Source: Terriglobales bacterium (lineage in GTDB: Bacteria > Acidobacteriota > Terriglobia > Terriglobales > Acidobacteriaceae). From it: a stretch of DNA of 50,053 nucleotides. Shown here piece after piece: positions 38,323 to 48,233 of this stretch (position 1 is its first letter; the number at the start of each line of letters is the position of its first letter). The DNA lies in assembly GCA_035622455.1 (NCBI GenBank), contig DASPVG010000058.1:1-50053 (forward strand). The letters run 5' to 3'. Both the position numbers and the translations under genes were made by a program. The notes under the pieces were generated by a model, which was given only the letters and a program-made list of their open reading frames with translations, did not search any database and had not been told where the DNA came from.

Positions 38323-40551
38323 ATGAAGGTGATTTACCAAGATCTTTCGCCAGTCGAAGTCGGCGGGCGAAAGATGATGGGCCGCCTGATCTTCGGATTG
38401 TTGGTTTTGCTTTCCGCTCTAATCGGTAGCTCTGCCGGACTACTGCTGGTTTACTCTACCGATCTGCCACAAGTCGAGCAGCTCGAGCATTATCGTCCCA
38501 GTTCGATCACCGAGCTCTACGACGATCAGGGTCGCGTCGTCGGCTCGTTCGCCCTGCAACGACGCGTGGTTTCCAATTACGGCGATTTTCCAGGTGTGCT
38601 CAGGGAAGCGCTGATCTCCATCGAAGACAAAGATTTTTACCGGCATTGGGGTATCAACGTGTGGCGCATCGCCGGGGCGGCGTACCGCGACATTGAATCC
38701 GGCGGACGGGTGCAGGGCGCATCCACCCTCACCATGCAGCTGGCTCGCAATCTGTTTCTCTCTCCCGACCGATCCTTTCGTCGAAAGATCGAAGAGGCGC
38801 TGCTCGCCATCCAGATCGAGAGACGCTTTACCAAAGAGCAGATCTTTACCCTGTACGCCAACCAGATTTTTCTCGGCCATGGCGTTTATGGATTCGAAGC
38901 GGCATCGGAATACTACTTCAGCAAGCCGGCCAAGGAGCTGACCCTCGAGGAAGCGGCGGTCCTGGCGGGACTGCCTAAGGCACCAGGTCAATACTCTCCC
39001 ATCCTTCATCCGGATCGTGCCATCAAGCGGCGCAATCTCGTGATCAACGCCATGCTTGAGGATGGAAAGATCACGGCAAAACAAGCCAACGATGCCCGCG
39101 GCCAGCCACTGGGCCTGAAGCTGCAGCACGATCCCAACTCGCTTGCACCCTATTTTGTCGAAGAGGTCCGCCGATATCTAGAAAATCGTTACGGCGCGGA
39201 TCAGGTGCACCAGGGTGGACTGCGTGTCTACACCTCGCTCGATGTGGAACTGGAGCGAGCGGCAAACCGCGCCGTGCTCGACGGCCTGGCTGCCTATGAA
39301 CGCCGCCATGGCTGGAAGGATCACCTGGAGAATGTGCTTCATGAGGGGCAGTCGCTGACCAGCTATGAGCATCCCGACTGGGAAGAGGAGCCGGAGCTTG
39401 GCGGCTATGTTCATGCTTTGGTTACAGCCGTGGTGCCCCACGGGGCGAGCCTCAAATTTGGGCGCTACCTCGGTACCCTCGGCGAGGTCGACGCGGCATG
39501 GACGGGGCACAAGCTCGAGGATATTTTGAAACCCGGCGATATCGTCTACGTGAAGATTCTGTCCTTCAGCGGTGACACCAAGGCGCACGTGAGTTTGGAG
39601 CAGGATTCGGGCGCGCAAGGCGCCCTCATCGCGATTGACAACGCAACCGGAGCGATCAAAGCCATGGTGGGCGGACGGGACTTTGAGGAATCCAAATTCA
39701 ACCGTGCCACCCAGGCCTTGCGCCAGGTGGGTTCATCCTTCAAACCGTATGTCTACACCGCTGCCATCGATCAGGGCGCGCGCCCGGACGACACGATTCT
39801 CGATGCCCCGGTCACCTTCGAGACGGCCTCCGGTCCCTATATTCCGCACAATTACGACGAGAAATTCGAAGGCACGATCACGCTCCGCCGAGCCCTGGCC
39901 CAGTCCCGTAATATTCCAGCCCTGAAACTCGCCAGCAACATCGGGATCAGGGCGGTCATCGAGTATGCCCACCGTTTCGGGATTACTTCAAATCTTCCCG
40001 CGTATCTGCCGGTAGCCCTGGGGGCAGCAGAGGTTACGCTGTTTGAGCAGACCTCCGCCTTCAGTGTTTTCCCCAATGATGGCTTCCGCGTCAGTCCCCG
40101 CTACATCACAAAAGTTACCGACTACGAAGGCCGGGTCATGGAGGAAGATTTTCCCGATGTGCGCGACGTGATCACGGCGCGGACTGCGCGTATCATGACT
40201 GCGATGCTGCGCGAGGTCGTGCTCCATGGGACGGGCGTCGCCGCCGCCAGTCTGAACCGGCCCCTGGGGGGGAAAACCGGTACCACCAACGACTTTACCG
40301 ACGCGTGGTTCATCGGTTTTTCGCCCTCGATGACGGCGGGAGTCTGGATCGGCTTTGACGAAAAGAAGTCGCTGGGGGCTAAGGAGACCGGCGCCCACGC
40401 GGCGCTCCCGATCTGGATCGAGTTCATGAAGGTCGCTCTGGCTGGACGTGAGCGCGAGGATTTCCAGCCTATGCCGGAATTGCCTCCGGGGCCGGTCGCG
40501 CGGAGAGTGGACACCCCAGACACCGCTCCGGCGGAGGAAGAGACTCACTAA
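38323..40551 (+). CDS. mrcA: penicillin-binding protein 1A (bifunctional glycosyltransferase/transpeptidase, class A PBP)
   Basis: GT51 motifs IEDKDFYRHWGIN, GASTLTMQLARN and RKIEE. Transpeptidase motifs SSFK, SRN and KTGTT are all intact. An alternative start lies at 38374. Confidence 0.92.
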   Translation: MKVIYQDLSPVEVGGRKMMGRLIFGLLVLLSALIGSSAGLLLVYSTDLPQVEQLEHYRPSSITELYDDQGRVVGSFALQRRVVSNYGDFPGVLREALISIEDKDFYRHWGINVWRIAGAAYRDIESGGRVQGASTLTMQLARNLFLSPDRSFRRKIEEALLAIQIERRFTKEQIFTLYANQIFLGHGVYGFEAASEYYFSKPAKELTLEEAAVLAGLPKAPGQYSPILHPDRAIKRRNLVINAMLEDGKITAKQANDARGQPLGLKLQHDPNSLAPYFVEEVRRYLENRYGADQVHQGGLRVYTSLDVELERAANRAVLDGLAAYERRHGWKDHLENVLHEGQSLTSYEHPDWEEEPELGGYVHALVTAVVPHGASLKFGRYLGTLGEVDAAWTGHKLEDILKPGDIVYVKILSFSGDTKAHVSLEQDSGAQGALIAIDNATGAIKAMVGGRDFEESKFNRATQALRQVGSSFKPYVYTAAIDQGARPDDTILDAPVTFETASGPYIPHNYDEKFEGTITLRRALAQSRNIPALKLASNIGIRAVIEYAHRFGITSNLPAYLPVALGAAEVTLFEQTSAFSVFPNDGFRVSPRYITKVTDYEGRVMEEDFPDVRDVITARTARIMTAMLREVVLHGTGVAAASLNRPLGGKTGTTNDFTDAWFIGFSPSMTAGVWIGFDEKKSLGAKETGAHAALPIWIEFMKVALAGREREDFQPMPELPPGPVARRVDTPDTAPAEEETH

Positions 40552-40557
40552 TTCCCG

Positions 40558-41319
40558 ATGAAGGCGTTTTTCCGCTTCGTGTTGTGTTCCCTGGTTCTGC
40601 TGCTGGTCGCCTTGGTCTCGGCTCTGACCGCGATGCGCTTTGCCATCCACGGGCGCGAGGTGGCAGTGCCCAATCTAGTGGGCGATACGCCGGCCGAGGC
40701 GCGCAGAATTAGCGAGATGGCAGGCTTTGGGTTTGAGGTCGAGCGGCAATACTACAGCCCCAACATCCCGGAGGGCAGAGTCCTCTCGCAGATCCCCACG
40801 GCCGGCACCCTGATCCGGAGCGGCTGGCAGATCCGAGTGGCCCTGAGCCTAGGCCCGCAGCGCGTGCAGATTCCCGATGTGATGGGTGAATCGGAACGTG
40901 CAGCGGAAATTAACATTCTGCGCCGCGGCTTAGATGTCGGGGCGGTGGCGCAGGTCGAGATCCCAGGGGCAACCCCGGACCAAGTAATTGCCCAGAATCC
41001 CGCACCCAATGCCAGCAGCATAGCGGCTCCAAAGATCAATCTGCTCGCCGCAGAGCCACCCTTGCCCCAGGCGTTTGTGATGCCGAGCCTGGTGGGACAG
41101 ACCCTGAGCGTAGCCACCGCGGCTTTGGAGGAAGCCGGCCTCGAGCTGGGTAACGTGACCTCGGCTTTACCACCTCCCGATCCTCTCCAACCCAATCAAC
41201 CGCCGCCCGCCGCTCCCCCACCCTCAGGGTCGAGCTTGATCATCTCGCAGAATCCCGCGGCCGGGGCGAAGGTGATTGCCGGCTCAAGCGTAAGTTTTGA
41301 AGTGCGTTCGGGAGAGTAG
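40558..41319 (+). CDS. membrane-anchored protein with three PASTA domains
   Basis: N-terminal TM segment (FVLCSLVLLLVALVSALTA), then three repeats opening VPNLVGDT, IPDVMGES and MPSLVGQT. Pro-rich linker precedes the last strand. Starts 6 nt after the PBP1A stop. Confidence 0.85.
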   Translation: MKAFFRFVLCSLVLLLVALVSALTAMRFAIHGREVAVPNLVGDTPAEARRISEMAGFGFEVERQYYSPNIPEGRVLSQIPTAGTLIRSGWQIRVALSLGPQRVQIPDVMGESERAAEINILRRGLDVGAVAQVEIPGATPDQVIAQNPAPNASSIAAPKINLLAAEPPLPQAFVMPSLVGQTLSVATAALEEAGLELGNVTSALPPPDPLQPNQPPPAAPPPSGSSLIISQNPAAGAKVIAGSSVSFEVRSGE

Positions 41320-41324
41320 GGGCT

Positions 41325-42749
41325 TCAAATTCCGACAGTTGCGAGCTGCGATCCGTGGAATTTATAAGGATCGGAGGAGGTCGCGGGCGGGGTTTTCTCG
41401 AGGATAGCGGCGAAGAAGCCATCGCAAGGATGGATCCCGGGAATTGTTTGCAGGTACGGGCCGCGGGTGAGCGAGTCCAGATCCTTGTCCGCCAGTTCGC
41501 CCTCAGCACGAAGCTGATCGAGCAGCTCACCGCAATCCAGGACGCGAAACGATCTTTCTCCTTCGAGTGCGGCTTCGACCACCTGTTCATTCTCTTCCTT
41601 CTCCAGCGAGCAGGTCGAATAGACGAGCCGTCCTCCGGGCGCGACCTGCGACATGACGGAGCGCAGAATTTCGAGCTGGCGCCGGTGGAGATCAACCAGA
41701 TCATCCCTGGTAAGCCGCCACTTGATTTCGGGGTTGCGAGCCAAGGTGCCTGTTCCCGAGCATGGAACATCGGCCAGCACTCGGTCAAAGGCCAGCTGAG
41801 TCGGGAGGATACGAGCATCGGCAACGACCACGTGGAGGTTGAGGGCGGGAACGAGTTTCCTCAACAGGCGAGCACGATGCGGATGCAGCTCGGTAGCCAC
41901 GATGCGGGCCCTTGGATTGCGGTCCGCGAGCAGGTGTGCTTTTCCCCCCGGTGCCGCGCAGCAGTCAAGAATTTGTGAGCCTCTGCCCACCAGCAGCGCA
42001 ACCAGTTGCGATCCTTCATCCTGGATGGAGATCGGTGGTTGCTCTGCGCGGCGCAATTGGGCGAGATCACCGGTGATCACTCGCCGGGAATTTGTCAATA
42101 GGAAACCGGGCCCCAGCTGGATGCCCTGTTTCTCGAGCACATCCACTTGACCGGGCTCGCGGATGACCAGAGAAACTCCGGGAACTCGCTGACCGTAGGT
42201 GCAGATCCGCTTGGCAGCATCCCAACCGAAGTTGGCTGCCCAGCGAGTAACCAGCCATCGAGGGTGTGCGGAAAGTCGGGCCAGCGCCTGAGTAGTGGTG
42301 CTCGTTTCGATCGCGGTTTGCCATCGTTCCTTTCTCAGGGACCCGGCCAAGTGTCGTAACAGCGCATTGGTAAATGCTGCCGCTGAACGCTTCCGCGCAC
42401 GTTTCACCAGTTCCACGCTCTCAAAGATCGCAGCGGGTTGCGGTACGCGATCGAGGAACATGAGTTGATACGCAGCCAGGCGCAAGGCAGTCAAAACCTG
42501 CCGGTCAAGCTTGTCGAGTGGCAAGGACGAGTTCTCGCGGATGGTTTGATCGAGCAGCGAACGCCAGCGGAGAACTCCCATCACCAATTCCGTGGCCAGA
42601 CGGTGGTCCGCCGAGGAGAGCTTCTGGTAGCGGGAGGCGTGGAGGAGTTCCGAGGCGAACGCATCGTGCTCGTCCACCCGAAGGAGGATATCGAAAGCGG
42701 CGACTCGGGCGGGAGAGATCGGCATCAATCTTCGGTTCTGTCCCGCCAC
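41325..42749 (-). CDS. rsmB: 16S rRNA (cytosine967-C5)-methyltransferase
   Basis: NusB-like N-terminal domain plus a SAM methyltransferase core (ILDCCAAPGGK...DRVLADVPCSGTG...LVYSTCS). Follows fmt. An alternative start lies at 42725. Confidence 0.88.
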   Translation of the reverse strand: MAGQNRRLMPISPARVAAFDILLRVDEHDAFASELLHASRYQKLSSADHRLATELVMGVLRWRSLLDQTIRENSSLPLDKLDRQVLTALRLAAYQLMFLDRVPQPAAIFESVELVKRARKRSAAAFTNALLRHLAGSLRKERWQTAIETSTTTQALARLSAHPRWLVTRWAANFGWDAAKRICTYGQRVPGVSLVIREPGQVDVLEKQGIQLGPGFLLTNSRRVITGDLAQLRRAEQPPISIQDEGSQLVALLVGRGSQILDCCAAPGGKAHLLADRNPRARIVATELHPHRARLLRKLVPALNLHVVVADARILPTQLAFDRVLADVPCSGTGTLARNPEIKWRLTRDDLVDLHRRQLEILRSVMSQVAPGGRLVYSTCSLEKEENEQVVEAALEGERSFRVLDCGELLDQLRAEGELADKDLDSLTRGPYLQTIPGIHPCDGFFAAILEKTPPATSSDPYKFHGSQLATVGI

Positions 42750-42815
42750 CGGGGGCGGGAGGTAAGGTCAGCGATGATGCGTGCGCCGGGGCTGGCTCTT
42801 GGAGGTCTTCGTAGC

Positions 42816-43754
42816 TCAGCCGAGGCGCTCTTCACTGTGCAAACGATGGCCGTGCAAGAAGTCTCGCGCGGACACCCGCCTCTTGCCTTCGGGCTGCACC
42901 ACAAGCAATTCGAGCGCGCTATTGCCACCGCAACCGACCAGCAACGTTTCGTGCTCGGTCCGCAGCGCTCCCGGCGGAAGGGACCTGTCGATGGGCTTGG
43001 CCTCCCAGATATGCAGATTCTTGCCGCGAAAGCTGGTAAAAGCACCCGGCCAAGGCTGAAAGCCACGGAGCCGGTTGAAGATCTCGCGTGCGCTGCGTGT
43101 AAAGTCGATCCGGCCATCTTCCTTCTTCAGGGTTGGAGCGAGAGTTGCCTGAGTATGATCTTGAGGACGGGGATGGATCGTTCCGGCCTTAAGCCCATGG
43201 AGAGTCTTGATCATCAACTCGGCTCCGATCCCGGCCAGGCGGGGAGCGAGGGATTCCGCGGTTTCCTCCGGAGCAATCGATACTGGTTCCTGCAGCAAGA
43301 TATCACCGGCATCTAAACCTGCGTTGATACGCATCGTGGTAACGCCCGTCACTGTCTCCCCCCGTGCAATGGCCCATTGCATGGGAGCCGCGCCACGATA
43401 TTTCGGCAACAACGATGCGTGCAGGTTGAGGTTGCCGAGTGGCGGCAGATCGATCATCCAGGGAGGAATGATTCGGCCATAGCCCACGACCACGATAGCA
43501 TCGGGCCGGATCGCGGCCAGTTGAGCCCGAAGCTCGTGGTTCTCTTTGATCTTTTCCGGCTGCGTGATCGGCAAGCCAAGCTGCTGTGCCCTCAGCTTGA
43601 CGGGTGAAGCGGCCAGCTCCATACCTCGACCGCTCGGCCGGTCGGGCTGGGTCACGACGAGTCGAACGGGGAACCCGGTGTCGATCAGCATGTCCAGGGT
43701 GGAAACCGCAAACCGGGGTGTGCCGGCAAACACAAGATTGAGTGCCGGACTCAT
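42816..43754 (-). CDS. fmt: methionyl-tRNA formyltransferase
   Basis: LVFAGTPRFAV..L...PDRPSGRG...NLHASLLPKYRGAAPMQWAI. Start taken at MSPALN. Confidence 0.92.
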   Translation of the reverse strand: MSPALNLVFAGTPRFAVSTLDMLIDTGFPVRLVVTQPDRPSGRGMELAASPVKLRAQQLGLPITQPEKIKENHELRAQLAAIRPDAIVVVGYGRIIPPWMIDLPPLGNLNLHASLLPKYRGAAPMQWAIARGETVTGVTTMRINAGLDAGDILLQEPVSIAPEETAESLAPRLAGIGAELMIKTLHGLKAGTIHPRPQDHTQATLAPTLKKEDGRIDFTRSAREIFNRLRGFQPWPGAFTSFRGKNLHIWEAKPIDRSLPPGALRTEHETLLVGCGGNSALELLVVQPEGKRRVSARDFLHGHRLHSEERLG

Positions 43755-43803
43755 GAGGTCACCGCGCCCACGATTCCATGCCACACGAATTGTCGTCCAT
43801 CGG

Positions 43804-44316
43804 CTACCACTCCCCGGCCTTCACCAGTTTGCGGATTTTGCGCTTCATCAGATCGCGCTTCAGGGCGCTGATATGGCTGATGTAAAGCTTGCCATCCAGG
43901 TGGTCGGTTTCGTGAAGCAAGGCACGGGCCAACAGATCCTCACCGCTTTTCTCAAACCAGTGCCCGTTGACATCTTGCGCCCGCACGGTCACCTTCCGGG
44001 CGCGGGAGACGGGCTCACGAAATTCTGGAATGCTCAAACAACCTTCGGGTTGGGTGTGCTTGCCCTCACTGTGGATGATTTCCGGATTCACCAGCACCAA
44101 CTTCGCGTTCGGGTCCTCCTTGAACGTGATATCAATTACCGCCAGCCGTTTGGAGAGCCCAATCTGCGGTGCCGCGAGACCTATCCCATGAGCCTCGTAC
44201 ATGGATTCAAACATATCTTCCACCAGTTTCTTGAGGTTACCGTCAAAGACCGTAATGGGCTCGGCTGGCTTTTCCAGAACGGGGTCACCAAATTTCACGA
44301 TTGGATAGATCATCAA
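43804..44316 (-). CDS. def: peptide deformylase
   Basis: GIGLAAPQIG, EGCLSIPEF and HETDHLDG motifs. Confidence 0.93.
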   Translation of the reverse strand: MMIYPIVKFGDPVLEKPAEPITVFDGNLKKLVEDMFESMYEAHGIGLAAPQIGLSKRLAVIDITFKEDPNAKLVLVNPEIIHSEGKHTQPEGCLSIPEFREPVSRARKVTVRAQDVNGHWFEKSGEDLLARALLHETDHLDGKLYISHISALKRDLMKRKIRKLVKAGEW

Positions 44317-44334
44317 GTCGAAACTGGTCAGTCG

Positions 44335-45507
44335 TCAGTATGTTTGCAGTTGGTGACAATATCCCCGAAAGTTGCGAACGGTCTCTTCCATCGAATCACC
44401 ACCGAATTTATCCAGCGCACAGCCTGCCAAAGTCAATGCCACCATGGCTTCCGCGGCAACACCCGCGGCCGGTACCACGCAGACATCGGAGCGCTCATAG
44501 GCCGCTTTCACCGGTTCCCGGGTAGCGAAATCCACCGATTGCAAAGGACGCCGCAGAGTAGAAATCGGCTTGAGGTATCCTCGCAGCCGGATCTCCTGGC
44601 CGTTCGAGACCCCGCCTTCAATCCCGCCGGCATTGTTTCGACTGCGGGTGAATCCAGAGAAAGGGCCCGACTTCTCGTAACCTATTTCATCATGCACGGC
44701 GGACCCCGGCGACGACGCCGCCCGGATACCGGCGCCGATCTCCACCGCCTTCACGGCTTGCAACGACATCACGGCCCCGGCCAGGCGTGCATCCAGGCGC
44801 TCATCCCACTGCGCATAGCTGCCCAGGCCGGGAGGAACGTTATGTCCCACCACTTCGAAAACCCCGCCGACCGAATCTCCGGTTCGCAATGCCTGATCGA
44901 CCTCTTGCTTCATTTCCGCCTCGGATTTTGACTCGGCACAATTGAGCGCCACTTCGGCTTGATCCCGGAGGGCGGCCACGCGCTCCCAGGCGATTTCTCC
45001 CTCGACCCAGGTCCCTCCCACGGCAATAACATGGCTAAGAACGTCCATCCCGAGCTCCCGCAGAAACAGCTTGGCCAGGCTGCCGATGGCGACTCGTGCC
45101 GCCGACTCTCGGGCGGAAGCCCGCTCGAGCACGTAGCGAGCCTCCGGAAAGTTGTATTTCAAAGCCCCGGCTAAGTCGGCGTGGCCGGGGCGCGGCGCGG
45201 TAACCGGTTTGTGCTTCGCCGAATCTCCCTCATGAACGGGGAGCGATTCCTGCCAGTTCTTCCAGTCCCGGTTTTCGAGCACAACGGCAATCGGGGAACC
45301 AATCGTGATCCCGTGACGTACACCGGAGATCAGGTGCGCCGTGTCGCGCTCGATCTTCATCCGTCCACCACGGCCGTAGCCCTGCTGACGACGCCAAAGC
45401 TCTCGATCCATAAAGCTCTGATCTACCTTCAGTCCCGCGGGCAACCCGCTGAGCAAGGCGACCAAAGCCTCCCCGTGGGATTCCCCGGCTGTGAAATAAC
45501 GCAGCAT
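44335..45507 (-). CDS. aroC: chorismate synthase
   Basis: MLRYFTAGESHGEALVALLSGLPAG...GYGRGGRMKIE...ERASARE. Full-length at 390 aa. Confidence 0.95.
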   Translation of the reverse strand: MLRYFTAGESHGEALVALLSGLPAGLKVDQSFMDRELWRRQQGYGRGGRMKIERDTAHLISGVRHGITIGSPIAVVLENRDWKNWQESLPVHEGDSAKHKPVTAPRPGHADLAGALKYNFPEARYVLERASARESAARVAIGSLAKLFLRELGMDVLSHVIAVGGTWVEGEIAWERVAALRDQAEVALNCAESKSEAEMKQEVDQALRTGDSVGGVFEVVGHNVPPGLGSYAQWDERLDARLAGAVMSLQAVKAVEIGAGIRAASSPGSAVHDEIGYEKSGPFSGFTRSRNNAGGIEGGVSNGQEIRLRGYLKPISTLRRPLQSVDFATREPVKAAYERSDVCVVPAAGVAAEAMVALTLAGCALDKFGGDSMEETVRNFRGYCHQLQTY

Positions 45508-45726
45508 TTCCCTGGATTGTACCTGATCGCAGGGACAAATCCGGCAGGCGAGGAATCATCCTAGCCGCACCGAAAAAGTTTTTTCGTCGGACATCGTAGG
45601 CAGACAGGCCGCCGGGCTGTTAGAATCGAAGGAAATCTTTCCTTAACAGCGAGGCCGAACCAGGCTCACAGCGCCACTCTTCGAGCGCCTCTCTGGTAGC
45701 GCCACTTCCTGTAGCTCGGCTTCGAT

Positions 45727-46398
45727 TTGACGATGACGATTCGATGCATAATCGTTGACGCGCACGCGTCGTTCCGCGAAGGCTTGCGTCGCGTGCTCGA
45801 GGGCGAATCGGACCTCCAAGTCGTGGGAGAGGCGGGCGACACCACCCAAGGACTTGAGCTGGTGCGAAACCTCAAACCCGATGTGGTGCTCATGGCTATC
45901 GACATACCGGGGATATCCAGCCTCGAAGCTGCCCGGCTCATGGCACCGGACGCCCCCGAGACACGACTGATTTTCATGACCCTCGAGGAAGATGAGAAGT
46001 ACTTGCTGCGCTGTATGGAGGTGGGCGCAGCCGGCTACATTCTGAAAGATTCTCCCGCACTCAAACTGCTCACCGCCGTGCGCGACGTCCACCATGGGCG
46101 CCAGTACGTGAGTCCCCAAGTGCTTGGGAAGTTGGTCGAGGATTTCCGCGCGCGCGGTCAAGGACGCCGCGGGCAGAAACGAGGGACAGCGACCCTGACA
46201 CCGCGGGAGCGTGAGGTCGTGAAGATGATCGCCGAAGGCAAATCCGTTAAAGAAATTGCGGTTCGCATGGGAAGGAGCGTCAAGACCATCGAGGCCCACA
46301 AATTCAATCTCATGCGCAAGCTGGATATCCACAACAAAGCGCAGCTGGTAACTTACGCAATACAGAAGAAGATCGTGAAACTACCGGCCGGAGCTTGA
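45727..46398 (+). CDS. NarL/FixJ-type response regulator (LuxR HTH output), no adjacent kinase
   Basis: Receiver domain (IRCIIVDAH...PDVVLMAIDIPGISS) plus LuxR HTH (LTPREREVVKMIAEGKSVKEIAVRMGRSVKTIEAHKFNLMRKL). Confidence 0.9.
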   Translation: MTMTIRCIIVDAHASFREGLRRVLEGESDLQVVGEAGDTTQGLELVRNLKPDVVLMAIDIPGISSLEAARLMAPDAPETRLIFMTLEEDEKYLLRCMEVGAAGYILKDSPALKLLTAVRDVHHGRQYVSPQVLGKLVEDFRARGQGRRGQKRGTATLTPREREVVKMIAEGKSVKEIAVRMGRSVKTIEAHKFNLMRKLDIHNKAQLVTYAIQKKIVKLPAGA

Positions 46399-46453
46399 AG
46401 GCAGATGGTTGCCTCAGACGTCGCGAGCGACTGAAGCTGGCAATCGAAAGCAG

Positions 46454-47545
46454 TCAGCGAACCGGATCCTTGGCCGATCGCTGGTTCCTGCCGTCCTCTA
46501 ATCCGTTGGGATACACCAGGATCTTGCTCGATTCGCCCGTCTTGAGCCGATCCATACCCTTGGAGAAATCTTCGATCGCGATGCGGTCTGTGATCACCGG
46601 ATGCAGGTCGAGCTTCTGATTCTTGAGCAGGGCGGTCATCTGATACCAGGTCTGGTACATGCGACGGCCGTTAATCCCCTGAATGGTGATGCCTTTGAAA
46701 ATAATGTCCTCGGAAAAATTGAGCGACACGGGCTTCGAGGTCAGACCGAGCAGGGAGATGCGCCCGCCCCGACGTACGATGTCAAAGGCGGTTCGGATTG
46801 CCTGGGGATGGCCGGCCATTTCCAGTACAACATCCACGCCGAGCCCAGCAGTCTGCGCCATGATGACAGAGACGATATCTTCCCGCGTCGGATCCAAGGT
46901 GAGATCCGCCTTCATTTGTTGGGCGATGCCTCGGCGATGTTCGTTCACTTCAAGGGCGAACACCTGCGCCGCCCCCACCGCGCGCGCAACGGCAATCGAA
47001 AACAGCCCGATGGGACCGCATCCCGTGATGGCCACGGTTTTGCCCGCGATCTCTCCGGCCAGTACGGCATGAACCGCGTTGCCCAGGGGATCGAGGATGG
47101 AGGCATATTCCTGGGGGATGGCTGGATCGAGCGCCCAGATGTTCGATTCCGGAATCACTACGTATTCGGCGAAAGCGCCGTCAGCATCCACTCCGATGAT
47201 CTTGACCCTCTGGCAGATGTGAGCTTCCCCGGTCCGGCACTGGAGGCAAGTGCCACAAGCGACGTGCATCTCGGCGGAAACGAAATCACCTTCTCGAACG
47301 TTGGTGACTTCATTGCCGACCGCCACGACGTTGCCGCAGAATTCATGTCCAGGGATTAAGGGGGGGTGAATCCGCCTTTGGGCCCAGCGATCCCACTCGT
47401 AAATATGGAGATCGGTTCCGCAAATGGAGGCAACTTTGACTTTAACCAGGACGTCGGAACTTCCCAGTGCGGGAAGCTTGACTTCCCGGATTTCCACGCC
47501 CGGGGCGGCTTGCTGCTTGACGACGGCGAGCATTGTATTGCGCAT
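46454..47545 (-). CDS. tdh: L-threonine 3-dehydrogenase (zinc-dependent MDR family)
   Basis: ASICGTDLHIYEWDRWAQ...GHEFCG (catalytic Zn), CGTCLQCRTGEAHIC (structural Zn) and the GCGPIGL NAD fold. Has a short C-terminal extension. Confidence 0.88.
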   Translation of the reverse strand: MRNTMLAVVKQQAAPGVEIREVKLPALGSSDVLVKVKVASICGTDLHIYEWDRWAQRRIHPPLIPGHEFCGNVVAVGNEVTNVREGDFVSAEMHVACGTCLQCRTGEAHICQRVKIIGVDADGAFAEYVVIPESNIWALDPAIPQEYASILDPLGNAVHAVLAGEIAGKTVAITGCGPIGLFSIAVARAVGAAQVFALEVNEHRRGIAQQMKADLTLDPTREDIVSVIMAQTAGLGVDVVLEMAGHPQAIRTAFDIVRRGGRISLLGLTSKPVSLNFSEDIIFKGITIQGINGRRMYQTWYQMTALLKNQKLDLHPVITDRIAIEDFSKGMDRLKTGESSKILVYPNGLEDGRNQRSAKDPVR

Positions 47546-47642
47546 CGGGGCTACCTAGAAAATCCGCTCTCAAGAATCCTGATTCTAGCACCAAGCAGCC
47601 GGCCACCCGACCGAGCGCAGAGGGAGCAGGATCTCGCGATCG

Positions 47643-48233
47643 CTAGGAAGCCCTTCCCTCTTCCCGGGGTAGCCCGCGGTCGTGCTTCTCCCGTAAGGTG
47701 TTGAGGTCCTTCGATCGGCCGCGCGGAATGCTGAGCGATTTCCACTTGCTCGAACGCAGATGCTTGGCGAGAAAGATGATCTGAGCCACGTGCGCGGAAT
47801 AATGCGCCAGTTGCCGATTGATGGCTTGGAGCACAGTGTGCGGCTCGGCCCGAATGGTGACCGTGCGCAGCAGGTCGTCGGGCTTCAGTTCGGCGATGGC
47901 GGAAAAAACTCCCTCCCAACCTTTCTCCCACCAACCCATGATCTCGTCACGAGTTGTCTGGCCAGCAATTTCGAACTCCTGGTCGCGATTGCGGTCAGGT
48001 TTCTCGCCGTCGGTCGTCAGGAAATCGGTAAAGCGCGATCGCATGTTGCCCGCGAGATGCTTGACCAGGATCGCGACCGAGTTCGATTCAGGATCGAGGG
48101 TCACCAAAAAGTCTTCGTCTTTCAGCTGATTCATCGCGGCTTCTCCCAACCGTTTGTAGCCGCGGAATTGGCGGTGGATTTCCTCCAGGTAGTGAGCGCC
48201 CAGATCAGTCATGTTCGAGAACCTCCCCATCAT
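47643..48233 (-). CDS. DinB superfamily protein (DUF1572-like)
   Basis: KHLAGNMRSRFTDFLTTDGEKPDRNRDQEFE ... LAHYSAHVAQIIFLAKHL. The start ATG shares one base with the hyuB stop (TAATG). Confidence 0.8.
   Translation of the reverse strand: MMGRFSNMTDLGAHYLEEIHRQFRGYKRLGEAAMNQLKDEDFLVTLDPESNSVAILVKHLAGNMRSRFTDFLTTDGEKPDRNRDQEFEIAGQTTRDEIMGWWEKGWEGVFSAIAELKPDDLLRTVTIRAEPHTVLQAINRQLAHYSAHVAQIIFLAKHLRSSKWKSLSIPRGRSKDLNTLREKHDRGLPREEGRAS

Noticed and set aside
43546-44931. 461-aa plus-strand ORF spanning fmt, def and aroC
   Set aside because: It runs antisense across three unambiguous housekeeping genes and their intergenic gaps. A real gene would not ignore those boundaries.
45643-46332. 229-aa minus-strand ORF
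   Set aside because: It is antisense to the NarL-type response regulator, which has clear receiver and LuxR HTH motifs.
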